From positions 1 through 32,967 of the forward strand of contig CAYGWV010000036.1 of assembly GCA_964353925.1 (NCBI GenBank): a DNA stretch of 32,967 nucleotides, given 5' to 3'. The notes beneath the pieces are model-generated. The model saw only the letters and a program-made list of their open reading frames with translations. It was not told where the DNA came from and made no database searches. How positions within the stretch are numbered: position 1 is the first letter of the stretch; each line of letters begins with the position of its first letter. Positions 25,257 through 32,967 of the stretch are shown here, piece by piece. A program made the position numbers and the translations under genes. Source of the DNA: an uncultured Syntrophaceae bacterium. Lineage in GTDB: Bacteria > Desulfobacterota > BSN033 > UBA1163.

Positions 25257-25440
25257 GTAAAGAACCCCGCCCACAGGGCGGGCATTTAAGACCTAAATTC
25301 ATCAACCAAAAAACGAGATCGAGAAATCGATAGATCCTGAATCAAGTTCAGGACCTGGTTCGGGATGACAAAAAGACCAGAACCGAACCGTCATGTCATG
25401 AACCTTGGACTGATGAAGATCAGGCTTGTTTCAGCATCTG
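25257..25440. repeat. Cluster of REP-like/MITE-remnant palindromes
   Basis: TAAAGAACCCCGCCCACAGGGCGGG...AAGACCTAA (end motif also inverted at about 9465-9480); GATCCTGAATCAAGTTCAGGA, GGATGAC/GTCAT, GTTTCAGCATCT. Confidence 0.55.
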
Positions 25441-25485
25441 GTTTGCTTATTTTCTGCTTTCAGTGGATTGTTTGATAGGACGTTC

Positions 25486-25746
25486 TCAAGCCATAAATTT
25501 TGGACGATACCTTCGTGCCTTGGCCTTTGCTGGGGCAATACTTTCCTTTGGAGAGAAATAGTTCTTATTGGGTAAGAATCTTGACTTCTCCTTATAGAGA
25601 CTTTCTAATTTTTCTTCCTGCTGTTCCGTGAGCATATTCTTTTGATTGAAAACAACCTCTGCTGACTTGACAAATTGATCTTCTTTTTCGGCTAATTTAT
25701 ATCGGTTTAATCCCGATATAATCCACTCAAGTCTTTCATGGTTCAT
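25486..25746 (-). CDS. Small hypothetical protein, basic C-terminus
   Basis: ORF with AGGGGGG RBS before ATG 25746, co-oriented downstream of the RRM gene. Confidence 0.65.
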   Translation of the reverse strand: MNHERLEWIISGLNRYKLAEKEDQFVKSAEVVFNQKNMLTEQQEEKLESLYKEKSRFLPNKNYFSPKESIAPAKAKARRYRPKFMA

Positions 25747-25846
25747 GATCGCCCCCCCTTTGCATGCTGGCAATCCAGGTTGTTCTCATCTACCTTAACG
25801 ATAAACCCCTCAGAACGAGTTAGCCATAGCAGCTGTCCTCTTGGGA

Positions 25847-26134
25847 TTACCAATTCTCTCGAAAACCACGGCTGACTCTGGCCTCTTTTACCAGTAGATC
25901 CTTTCCCATGAAGTTCTTTCGATTCAACATCGAGACAGCCCTTCGGGCCTCCCATTGGGTAGACATCTCCACAAAGGCAAATCCTCTTGGTTGGCTGGTC
26001 TGTCTGTCCTTTACGATCTTGACAGACATCACATCCCCGGCACTGGAGAAAAGGGCTCTGAGTTCGGGTTCACTGGTCTGTAAAGGAAGGTTAGCGACGT
26101 AAATTTTCTTACTTATTTTCGGTTTCCGATTCAT
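25847..26134 (-). CDS. RNA recognition motif (RRM) RNA-binding protein
   Basis: RNP2 IYVANL, RNP1 RGFAFVEM, L.VKEAR; GGAGG RBS. Confidence 0.95.
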   Translation of the reverse strand: MNRKPKISKKIYVANLPLQTSEPELRALFSSAGDVMSVKIVKDRQTSQPRGFAFVEMSTQWEARRAVSMLNRKNFMGKDLLVKEARVSRGFRENW

Positions 26135-26225
26135 TTTTTCCTCCGCCTTAAATTGCCTTCACTCGTAAATTGATCCTTTCGCAATGAACTCGCCATCGGA
26201 ACCCTCAGATGGTTCGATATCTCCA

Positions 26226-26270
26226 TAAAAAAAGCCCGTGAAGAAGTTGTTTAGAGTTCTTTGCGGGCTT
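26226..26270 (-). terminator. Intrinsic terminator-like hairpin in the RRM gene leader
   Basis: Minus strand AAGCCCGCAAAGAA...TTCTTCACGGGCTTTTTTT. Confidence 0.7.
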
Positions 26271-26315
26271 AACTTCCGTAGTCTAAAGAGGCTCCAGGCA
26301 ACTAGTTTTCTTTTG

Positions 26316-26344
26316 ATTATATGTTTTTATTAGCCTCAAAGCAA
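26316..26344 (-). promoter_or_regulatory. Putative sigma70 promoter of the RRM gene
   Basis: TTGCTT-17 nt-TATAAT on the minus strand. Confidence 0.65.
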
Positions 26345-26370
26345 GAAAAATCGTCAGACTTTAAAGGGAT

Positions 26371-27426
26371 TCAGTTTGATCGGCGGTGACGGTAAAAGTT
26401 TCTGAGTGCTATGGACTGAGGGTCGAGGTTGGTTAATCCATATTTTTCGGCCGAGTCCATTGCTTCTAAAAATTCCTGTGCAGTAATTCCACGAGCGATC
26501 TCTGGATAATCATAAGCCTTATATTCAACACGATATTGAGCCATAATATTTACATAAGTGGATTTGGGAAGGGTTTCCGCCATCCATTTGACGAATTTCT
26601 CTGTTCCGGCCACGCGATTGGGCATCACCAAATGCCGGATGATTACTCCGCGAATAGCAATTCCCCGTTTATCCAGTTTGAGCACTCCCACCTGCCGATG
26701 CATTTCAACGATGGCTTTCTTTGTCACTTCGGGATAATCGGAAGCCCCGGCTGAATATTTTGCCGCTTTTTCACCATCCATGTACTTCATATCTGGCTTG
26801 TAGATATCTACAATGCCTTCCAACATTTTCAGTATCTCCAGAGGCTCGTATCCGCTCGTGTTATACATTAAAGGCAAATGGAGCCCTTTCTTTAAGGCAA
26901 TCCGTGTGGCATTGAGGATATTGGGCATGACATGGGTGGGTGTGACGAGGTTGATGTTATGGCAACCCATCTTCTGGAGATGAAGCATCCTGTCAGCTAG
27001 GTCTTCGTCTTGAACCTCTTTCCCCTTTCCCTCATGGGCAATAGGCCAGTTCTGGCAGAAGACGCACCGAAGATTGCAGTTGGAGAAGAAGATGGTGCCA
27101 GATCCTTTCTCACCCACCAAAGACATTTCTTCGCCAAAATGGGGGTGGTAGCTAAAAATTACGGGTTTGACCGGAGCCTGACAGAATCCCTTTTCTCCCT
27201 TTTGCCGATTCACACCACACTTCCTTGGACAGAGCTGACAGTTTTCGAAGATGGCATAGGCCTGTTTAATCCTTTGAGCCAATTTACCTTCCATCTCCAG
27301 TTTCTCATAGGCCGGAATCCATCGAATCTCGTTTCTTTGTCCGGCATGAAACAGAACAGGAGAAAGGAGCAATGAACTCCCCAAGAATAGAGAATGCTTC
27401 ATGAAGTGGCGACGTGTAAACTTCAT
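26371..27426 (-). CDS. Radical SAM protein, PflX-like, with twin-arginine signal peptide
   Basis: TRRHFMK + hydrophobic h-region; N-terminal CQLCPRKC..GFC; HFGEE, GSGTIFF; CNLRCVFC; HNINLVTPTH, RHLVMPN, NIMAQY. Confidence 0.9.
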   Translation of the reverse strand: MKFTRRHFMKHSLFLGSSLLLSPVLFHAGQRNEIRWIPAYEKLEMEGKLAQRIKQAYAIFENCQLCPRKCGVNRQKGEKGFCQAPVKPVIFSYHPHFGEEMSLVGEKGSGTIFFSNCNLRCVFCQNWPIAHEGKGKEVQDEDLADRMLHLQKMGCHNINLVTPTHVMPNILNATRIALKKGLHLPLMYNTSGYEPLEILKMLEGIVDIYKPDMKYMDGEKAAKYSAGASDYPEVTKKAIVEMHRQVGVLKLDKRGIAIRGVIIRHLVMPNRVAGTEKFVKWMAETLPKSTYVNIMAQYRVEYKAYDYPEIARGITAQEFLEAMDSAEKYGLTNLDPQSIALRNFYRHRRSN

Positions 27427-27454
27427 ATGGAGTATTCCAATGCTTACAGTAACG

Positions 27455-27578
27455 ATATTACTCCTGTACGGAACCCTTGTAAAGATATCTCTGCTCTTCG
27501 TTTCTCTCTCCCAGGAGACCGCTAGGCAAGCATAAGAAAGAGAGAGCTATTGACTACTGAGTTGGATCCGATTAATTT
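27455..27578. promoter_or_regulatory. Divergent pair of putative sigma70 promoters for the two radical SAM genes
   Basis: Minus: TTTACA-17-TAATAT (27455-27483); plus: TTGACT-17-TAATTT (27550-27578). Confidence 0.5.
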
Positions 27579-27622
27579 AATAGCATGAATGTCTGACCTT
27601 CGGTCTGACAGGGAAATAGACG

Positions 27623-28810
27623 ATGAATAAACCAAGCAATAACCAACTTTTGTTACGACATGAAATAACCTCCGATCCTGGTCTGACGAAGCGGGAGTTT
27701 CTGAAGTTCTGTGGTGCGAGCTTTTGCGTCTTCTCGTCTGCATATCTCATCGGCTACCCGGAAACCTCACGCGCACAAGCGGCCAAGAAGGGGCTCATAA
27801 AAACAAAACTATCTCCCTTTTTCTCTTCGCTCGAGGGAGGAGAAATCCAGTGTGAACTGTGCCCTCACCGTTGTCGTGTAGCCAAGGGAAAAAGGGGAAT
27901 TTGCAGGGTGCGGGAAAACCGCGATGGGAGATATTACAGCCTGGTCTATGGAAATCCTTGCGCGGTTCATCCAGACCCCATTGAAAAGAAACCCTTCTTC
28001 CACGTCCTTCCTGGCACGATTTCTTACTCCCTCGCAACAGTGGGATGCAATTTCCAGTGTAAGTTTTGTCAGAATTGGGAAATCTCGCAGGCATCTCCGG
28101 AGGATGTTTACAGCAAGGAATTTTCACCCGAGATGGTTGTGAGGGAGGCCAAAGAGATAAGAGCCCGTTCTGTCGCCTATACTTATGTGGAACCAACCAT
28201 CTTTTATGAATATATGTTAGACATCGGTACTCTTGTGAAGAAGTCAGGACTTCTAAATGTCTACCACTCCAATGGCTTTATCAATCCGGATCCTCTCAAA
28301 AATCTATGTAAAGTGTTAGATGCGGCTAATATCGATTTAAAGGGATTTACAGAAAATTTTTATCACGAACTGTGTAGTGGCGAACTCACCCCTGTTCTTG
28401 AAACATTGAAGACGCTGAAAAAGGAAAAAATCCACCTGGAGATCACAAACCTCATCATCCCTACAAAAAATGATGACCTGTCTGTGTTAAAAGAGATGTG
28501 CCTCTGGATAAAAAAAGAATTGGGAGCAGATACTCCGATCCATTTCTCTCGATTCTATCCTCTTTACAAACTCAAGAGCCTTCCTCCGACCCCGGTTTCA
28601 ACGCTTGACAAAGCACGGGAGGCAGCTTTATCTGCGGGCCTTGAATTTGTTTATGTCGGAAACATCCCAGGGCACGCAAGCGAAAATACTTTTTGTCCAA
28701 AATGCAAGAAGAGGATCATCCAGCGGACTGGGTATATGGTTGGAGAGATCAACATGAAGGATGGAAAGTGCAGGTACTGCGGAAAACCTATCCCTGGCAT
28801 CTGGGCGTAA
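27623..28810 (+). CDS. amrS: AmmeMemoRadiSam-system radical SAM enzyme with Tat-like (KR) signal peptide
   Basis: TKREFLK + h-region + SRA/AQA; CELCPHRC..GIC; DPIEKKPFFH; CNFQCKFCQNWEISQ; AYTY.EP, ANIDLK, HFSRFYP, YVGN, C-terminal CPKC...CRYC. Confidence 0.92.
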   Translation: MNKPSNNQLLLRHEITSDPGLTKREFLKFCGASFCVFSSAYLIGYPETSRAQAAKKGLIKTKLSPFFSSLEGGEIQCELCPHRCRVAKGKRGICRVRENRDGRYYSLVYGNPCAVHPDPIEKKPFFHVLPGTISYSLATVGCNFQCKFCQNWEISQASPEDVYSKEFSPEMVVREAKEIRARSVAYTYVEPTIFYEYMLDIGTLVKKSGLLNVYHSNGFINPDPLKNLCKVLDAANIDLKGFTENFYHELCSGELTPVLETLKTLKKEKIHLEITNLIIPTKNDDLSVLKEMCLWIKKELGADTPIHFSRFYPLYKLKSLPPTPVSTLDKAREAALSAGLEFVYVGNIPGHASENTFCPKCKKRIIQRTGYMVGEINMKDGKCRYCGKPIPGIWA

Positions 28811-28824
28811 GGCAAAAATCTCAA

Positions 28825-29004
28825 ATGGAGAATAAATTACCCTTTTCCTGCCCGGTCTGTGGTCGAAAAAAGGAATACCTTGTGACGGAGTTGGTAGAAG
28901 GGGCAGTCCTCACCTGTCCCTTTTGTAAGCTCACCGTCACTCTCCACGGCCACATGTGGCAGGACGTTCAAAAAGAAATCAAGAAATTAGAAGAAAAGAG
29001 CTGA
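28825..29004 (+). CDS. Small zinc-ribbon protein (59 aa)
   Basis: CPVC...CPFC pair; ATG 14 nt after the amrS stop. Confidence 0.75.
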   Translation: MENKLPFSCPVCGRKKEYLVTELVEGAVLTCPFCKLTVTLHGHMWQDVQKEIKKLEEKS

Positions 29005-29131
29005 CCTTTCCTTCCAAATATTCCGCTCAATAAATAATTGGAGAGACTTACATGCAGATTTCACCTACCTTCACTCCGGCAGAGGGAATCTAATTGAAGA
29101 TTTCCGATTGAAAATGTTCGTGGCAATGTTT

Positions 29132-30028
29132 TTAGAGAGTAGTTGAACGATTCAACATATAATCCAAATACCTAAAAGGAAAAGAAAGACTTCGGGCAAG
29201 TCCGTCAAGCCCAGGAAAAAGTGTAGCGGCTGTCACGTTCATTCTAAACAACTCAGTGAGTGCTTTTGAGTGCAATTTGTATGGAATAATAATTTTCATA
29301 ATTGAGATACCTGAAGAATCAACTTTGTCAATATCAGAGAATTTCAAATCCAATGAATTCTTATCTGAAAGGTCTTTAAAAGTAAGTTCGAACGCTGAGC
29401 ATAAATTATGCTCAAAAGGCTTTTCTATATCGCCAGGAAAGAGAAAAAGACCTTGCTGTATTGAAATTCGTTCATGCTGGTGAAAAGGCTCAACTACGTA
29501 CACAATATCAACACTTCGCCTGTCTTTGATGACTGTCTCAGCCCACTGATTGGTCTGAGCTACTGTATCTTCATATCCATACCCCTTTTCTATCATGTTG
29601 AAATCGGTAATTCTCGATAAGTGCTCCATCCATTTGTTGATATTCACTGCCCATATAGCCGAATCAACGACTGATGCTTCGACGGCAAAAAAAGCCGCAA
29701 CATAAAATGAGTATGTAGAATCAAGAAGCCGAGTTGGCCCTCCATAATGCTGTATCACGGACAACCATTCTATGTCATTTTCTGGAGGAGGTAAGTTTTG
29801 AAGATATTGGTGTGCTTTACGTTGAAATTCTTGTAATATTGTCTTTTCACGATTTTTGAAAAAATAACTGTCACATTGATATTTTTTTGCTTCTCGTTCA
29901 AATTTCGTGGACAATCCCCACCTCCAATCAGATTGACCCCTAAATGCCCAGATTGGAACCTTACGAATAATTTTGTCAAATAGCGAAAGGGCATCCTCCC
30001 AAGAATCAATAATAATTTTATAAAACAT
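29132..30028 (-). CDS. FRG domain protein
   Basis: WAFRGQS, QHYGGPTRLLD, VAAFFA, RISIQQGLF, TLFPGLDG; visibly AT-rich. Confidence 0.92.
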   Translation of the reverse strand: MFYKIIIDSWEDALSLFDKIIRKVPIWAFRGQSDWRWGLSTKFEREAKKYQCDSYFFKNREKTILQEFQRKAHQYLQNLPPPENDIEWLSVIQHYGGPTRLLDSTYSFYVAAFFAVEASVVDSAIWAVNINKWMEHLSRITDFNMIEKGYGYEDTVAQTNQWAETVIKDRRSVDIVYVVEPFHQHERISIQQGLFLFPGDIEKPFEHNLCSAFELTFKDLSDKNSLDLKFSDIDKVDSSGISIMKIIIPYKLHSKALTELFRMNVTAATLFPGLDGLARSLSFPFRYLDYMLNRSTTL

Positions 30029-30260
30029 GTTCTACCCGCACATGTTTATTTAACTAATCCAACATTCATTTCTATTTTGCAGAATAAAAATAAAACTTTA
30101 GCACATTCATAATTTCACAGTTTGTTATCTCGGATGTTTAGACAACCTACCTCCCGTGGATTACTCGGAGAAATATACAGATTTTATGGAATTTCGTCAA
30201 TCAAAAGTTTCAGGAAGATATCTATCTAATATGATAAAAAGATGTTGTGGCATTCACCAA

Positions 30261-30884
30261 TTACGGTTTAACGCCAGAGTGCTTCAGCTCAAAGATTTCT
30301 CCCGGTTTGGAATACAGGTTAGCTCCTACTCGTCCGATGACTTTCAAGCGACGTGGATCTATCTTGCCATCAGCCCAGACCTCATCCTTTATGTGAGCAA
30401 GTACAACTTCGCCAAAGATTACAGCCCGGAGGCCCGGTCCCTCTTTATATTCCTCAATGAGTTCCAGCTTCTGCACCAGCTTGCATTCCAGGCTAACCTT
30501 AGCTTCAGAAATGCGGGGTGATTTGATCATATCGCCTTTGATGGCAGTGAGTCCCGTTACCTTAATTTCGTCTACGCCACAGGGGTAGTCAGCTGATGCC
30601 TGGATTACCTGCTTGATTATGCTCTCGTCAACGCAGTTGACGACAAAATCGTGGGCATATTCAATATTTCTGATAGTATCCTTCTTTTGACCTGTTCGCA
30701 GACCAATTGAGACGAAAAGGATGGGTGGCTTTGAGCACACTGGTGCGCAGAAGCTGTACGGAGCTGCATTGTTGGTGCCGGCTGGACCTACCGTGGAAAT
30801 AAAGGCGATGGGCAGAGGTCCCATGGCGGTACCGATGAGATCGTGAAGTTCCATCCGTCCAGTTTTTGCTGCTTCAATCTTCAT
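30261..30884 (-). CDS. Flavin reductase-like, FMN-binding split-barrel protein
   Basis: PIAFIST, NAAPYSF, KDTIRNI..FVVN, SPRI.E..LEC, FGEVV..H, IGRVG..Y; GGAGG RBS. Confidence 0.92.
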   Translation of the reverse strand: MKIEAAKTGRMELHDLIGTAMGPLPIAFISTVGPAGTNNAAPYSFCAPVCSKPPILFVSIGLRTGQKKDTIRNIEYAHDFVVNCVDESIIKQVIQASADYPCGVDEIKVTGLTAIKGDMIKSPRISEAKVSLECKLVQKLELIEEYKEGPGLRAVIFGEVVLAHIKDEVWADGKIDPRRLKVIGRVGANLYSKPGEIFELKHSGVKP

Positions 30885-30997
30885 ATTTACCTCCTCCTTT
30901 TTGGGGGATTTGATTTTTTATAAAATATGGTTCTTCAAAGTCCTTTGTCAAGACCAATAGCATTATTCTTTTCTGCACCTTCCGATGCTGGAAAGGG

Positions 30998-31297
30998 CTA
31001 GAAGAGATCCTTATACGTATGCGCAGCAGTATAAACGCATCCCACCCCGCTAATGTATTGGGCTACCCTAAAAGTCTCCATGATCTCTTCTTTTGTAGCA
31101 CCAGCCTTCATTGCCTGCTGAGTCAACGCTTTAACTCCTTCAACGGTCCCGTGTGAAGCATCGAGAGCCATCGCCATCAGAAGCTTAACCTTCCTGGGTA
31201 AAACCCCATCTCCAAGGGCAAGTGTCTGCGTGGCCTCAACGTTCCTAAATAATTCCAGATCGAGTTTCTCGATAATCTTTAAAGGATTCTCAGCCAT
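30998..31297 (-). CDS. Carboxymuconolactone decarboxylase/AhpD-like protein (no CxxC)
   Basis: DGVLPRKVKLLMAMAL, AMKAGATKEEIME; AAGGAGG RBS. Confidence 0.88.
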   Translation of the reverse strand: MAENPLKIIEKLDLELFRNVEATQTLALGDGVLPRKVKLLMAMALDASHGTVEGVKALTQQAMKAGATKEEIMETFRVAQYISGVGCVYTAAHTYKDLF

Positions 31298-31535
31298 GAT
31301 GATAACCTCCTTTATTAAGGATTTGAGCTTTGTTCTTTAAAATTAACCCATTTTTTGTTTCTTTAACATGGAACAAAAAAAACATTTTCTGGCCCCCCGG
31401 AGATACCCCACATGAAAATGATGGTTGAGAGGGTTGCGGACAGCACCTACTAATCTTCATCTAACGTTAGCTGTGAAAGGTGATGATTTCGGAAACATAC
31501 ATTATTGAAAGAAGCAGGATGTCATTGTGGCCTCT

Positions 31536-32333
31536 TCAATAACCGTAAGTCAACTGCCCACCAAAAAATCCAATGGCCAATACATCGATAGCAAGGAAGA
31601 GCACCAAACCCAAATAGACCCATCCCCTTGTATTCTTCTCAAACGGTCTCCCCATTCTGATAAGCAGGCATGTAATTTCAACAAGGACCAGAATGATCGA
31701 GAGCGAAATCTTGTAAAACACTTGTGGTGAGGGTTGTAAAGAAAAGGCTACCCACCAATTCCATAATCCTGAGACAATTGCTGGGGGTGTGAATATAATC
31801 CCCATGACCAGCATCATAAAGGCCGTTTGCTCAAACTGGGCCACTCTCGGGCGGTATAGATAGAGGAGTATAAAGACAGCCCCCCCGAATAGAAAAACCA
31901 AAGGAAAATGCACGAAAAAGGGATGTGGGTGACGGCGAACGACTGGATAGCGTTCGAGGAGAGTTTCCACAAAGGTCGGAAGCTGATCCTTCTCTGTCTT
32001 GAGTAGGACACCTACTACGGCCATGTTTCGTAAGACCTCTTTCCCATGGGGTGCACGCTGTAACTCATCGGTTAGGTCAAGCCCAGAATGATGAATTTCA
32101 TGATGGCCGTTTTCCCAAAATCGGCTCTTCGATACATGGTATACCTTTCCTTCAACTGCCACGTATGCTGGCCTTCCGTTTGTGCCATTGTAGAGTAAGA
32201 GTTCTTTGGGTGTGAATGTTCGATTCTTTGTTTCCTGGGCAAGAGCGGGAAGGACTAAAACCGTGACAAAACCCACTAAAGCAATGGAGATGAATACTGT
32301 TAAACATTTTCGGTACTTCATCGGAATCTCCAA
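31536..32333 (-). CDS. Cytochrome b5-like heme/steroid-binding domain fused to DUF2231-type membrane domain, with signal peptide
   Basis: Signal ending ALA-Q; FT..EL..YNG..G.PAYVA..GKVY.VS..W..G.H..H..G.DLT..APHG; HPFFVHFP followed by four TM helices; start 32333 or 32321. Confidence 0.85.
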   Translation of the reverse strand: MEIPMKYRKCLTVFISIALVGFVTVLVLPALAQETKNRTFTPKELLLYNGTNGRPAYVAVEGKVYHVSKSRFWENGHHEIHHSGLDLTDELQRAPHGKEVLRNMAVVGVLLKTEKDQLPTFVETLLERYPVVRRHPHPFFVHFPLVFLFGGAVFILLYLYRPRVAQFEQTAFMMLVMGIIFTPPAIVSGLWNWWVAFSLQPSPQVFYKISLSIILVLVEITCLLIRMGRPFEKNTRGWVYLGLVLFLAIDVLAIGFFGGQLTYGY

Positions 32334-32601
32334 TCTGAGAATCTCGTCATTGGATTCTTTGTCGTAAAGTTTGAGATTGAGTAAACTTCAATTTGTTCTA
32401 ACCTAAAAGGCTTGATAATTAAAAGTAGTAAATGGCTAAGCAAGAGAAGTCAATAACTTAATTCCCTTATTCCCCGAAATATCGCTGTTGATTTCTGGTA
32501 TTTCGGTATGGGTGGGGCGTCTCTTGTGGATTATTACTTAAAATATTGCATAAAGGGAAGAGATTCAAAAATCACTGTTTCAGGAAGCGATCCTCGGAAA
32601 C

Positions 32602-32634
32602 AAAAAAGGCAGGGCCATTTCTGAACCTGCCTTT
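32602..32634 (-). terminator. Rho-independent terminator (minus strand)
   Basis: AAAGGCAGG-loop-CCTGCCTTTTTT on the minus strand. Confidence 0.65.
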
Positions 32635-32967
32635 GTAATGAGGCTGAAAAGGATGAGTTACTGATAGGATAATAAGAAGTGGAGCCAGTGTCTATTGGAC
32701 TTTGGTCTTATAGGAGTGGCAAGTAGCAGGTACCGAGGGGACCAAGTGTCTTTGGAATTAGCCGACTATTCGACAAAAGGGAGTAGGTTGTCACGAATTA
32801 AGGAGCACCAATTATTACCGATTCAAATCGTGTATACTTTGACAAAATGCTGAGTTGTTGAGGAAGAAACAAAGGTCACCCCCTCCTGTTCTTTCTCTTC
32901 ACCTCTTTTGTAGTACTCAGATATTTGGGGGATCAAACTCTTAGCTCTCGAACTTGATGCGATCTTT

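Noticed and set aside
97-32011. Numerous antisense/overlapping ORFs in the track (e.g. 97-342, 2427-2942, 8060-8605, 18369-18962, 25743-25955)
   Set aside because: Shadow frames of well-supported genes, without RBS or family motifs
32685-32756. CRISPR array
   Set aside because: Only two short imperfect copies and no cas genes in the window
32823-32966. Minus-strand frame open to the window edge (KIASSSRAKS...VKVYTI)
   Set aside because: Could be a gene 3' end but 47 residues with no recognisable motif cannot support a call
1-32967. Selenocysteine/TGA read-through or programmed frameshifts
   Set aside because: Recognised proteins appear full length; no domain split at an in-frame TGA was noticed

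Overview
About 33 kb of chromosome from what looks like an anaerobic Desulfobacterota/deltaproteobacterium. This is inferred from gene content, the gatB-mtnA adjacency and the style of the intergenic repeats. (1) 1-9.2 kb: a minus-strand catabolic cluster. It holds a signal-less FAD flavoprotein (Fcc3/KstD fold), a stand-alone FMN-binding domain, a signal-less ApbE-like flavin transferase, a heterodimeric family III CoA-transferase pair, two crotonases and a DUF35/thiolase pair resembling BbsA/B/E/F/H. A TetR-type operator candidate lies upstream. (2) 9.6-25 kb: mostly housekeeping genes (DUF77, MBL hydrolase, hpt, LpoA/LppC-like, nfi, Tat-signal flavodoxin, aminotransferase, DUF62 SAM hydrolase, mtnA, gatB, Kdo-kinase-like, tRNA-Arg(CCG), PilZ, corA, DUF867). 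(3) 25-33 kb: an RRM gene with a terminator-containing leader, two divergent radical SAM genes (PflX-like and AmrS-like) that both carry twin-arginine-type signal peptides, a Zn-ribbon protein, an AT-rich FRG gene, a flavin reductase, a CMD protein and a cytochrome b5-DUF2231 fusion. Intergenic regions are full of MITEs, REP-like palindromes and hexa/heptamer arrays; several sit at stop codons or are translated into C-termini. Best candidates for an undescribed system: apparently Tat-exported radical SAM enzymes, and a cytosolic flavinylation module in which both enzyme and substrate motifs are non-canonical. All family assignments come from motif recognition by eye; no searches were run.
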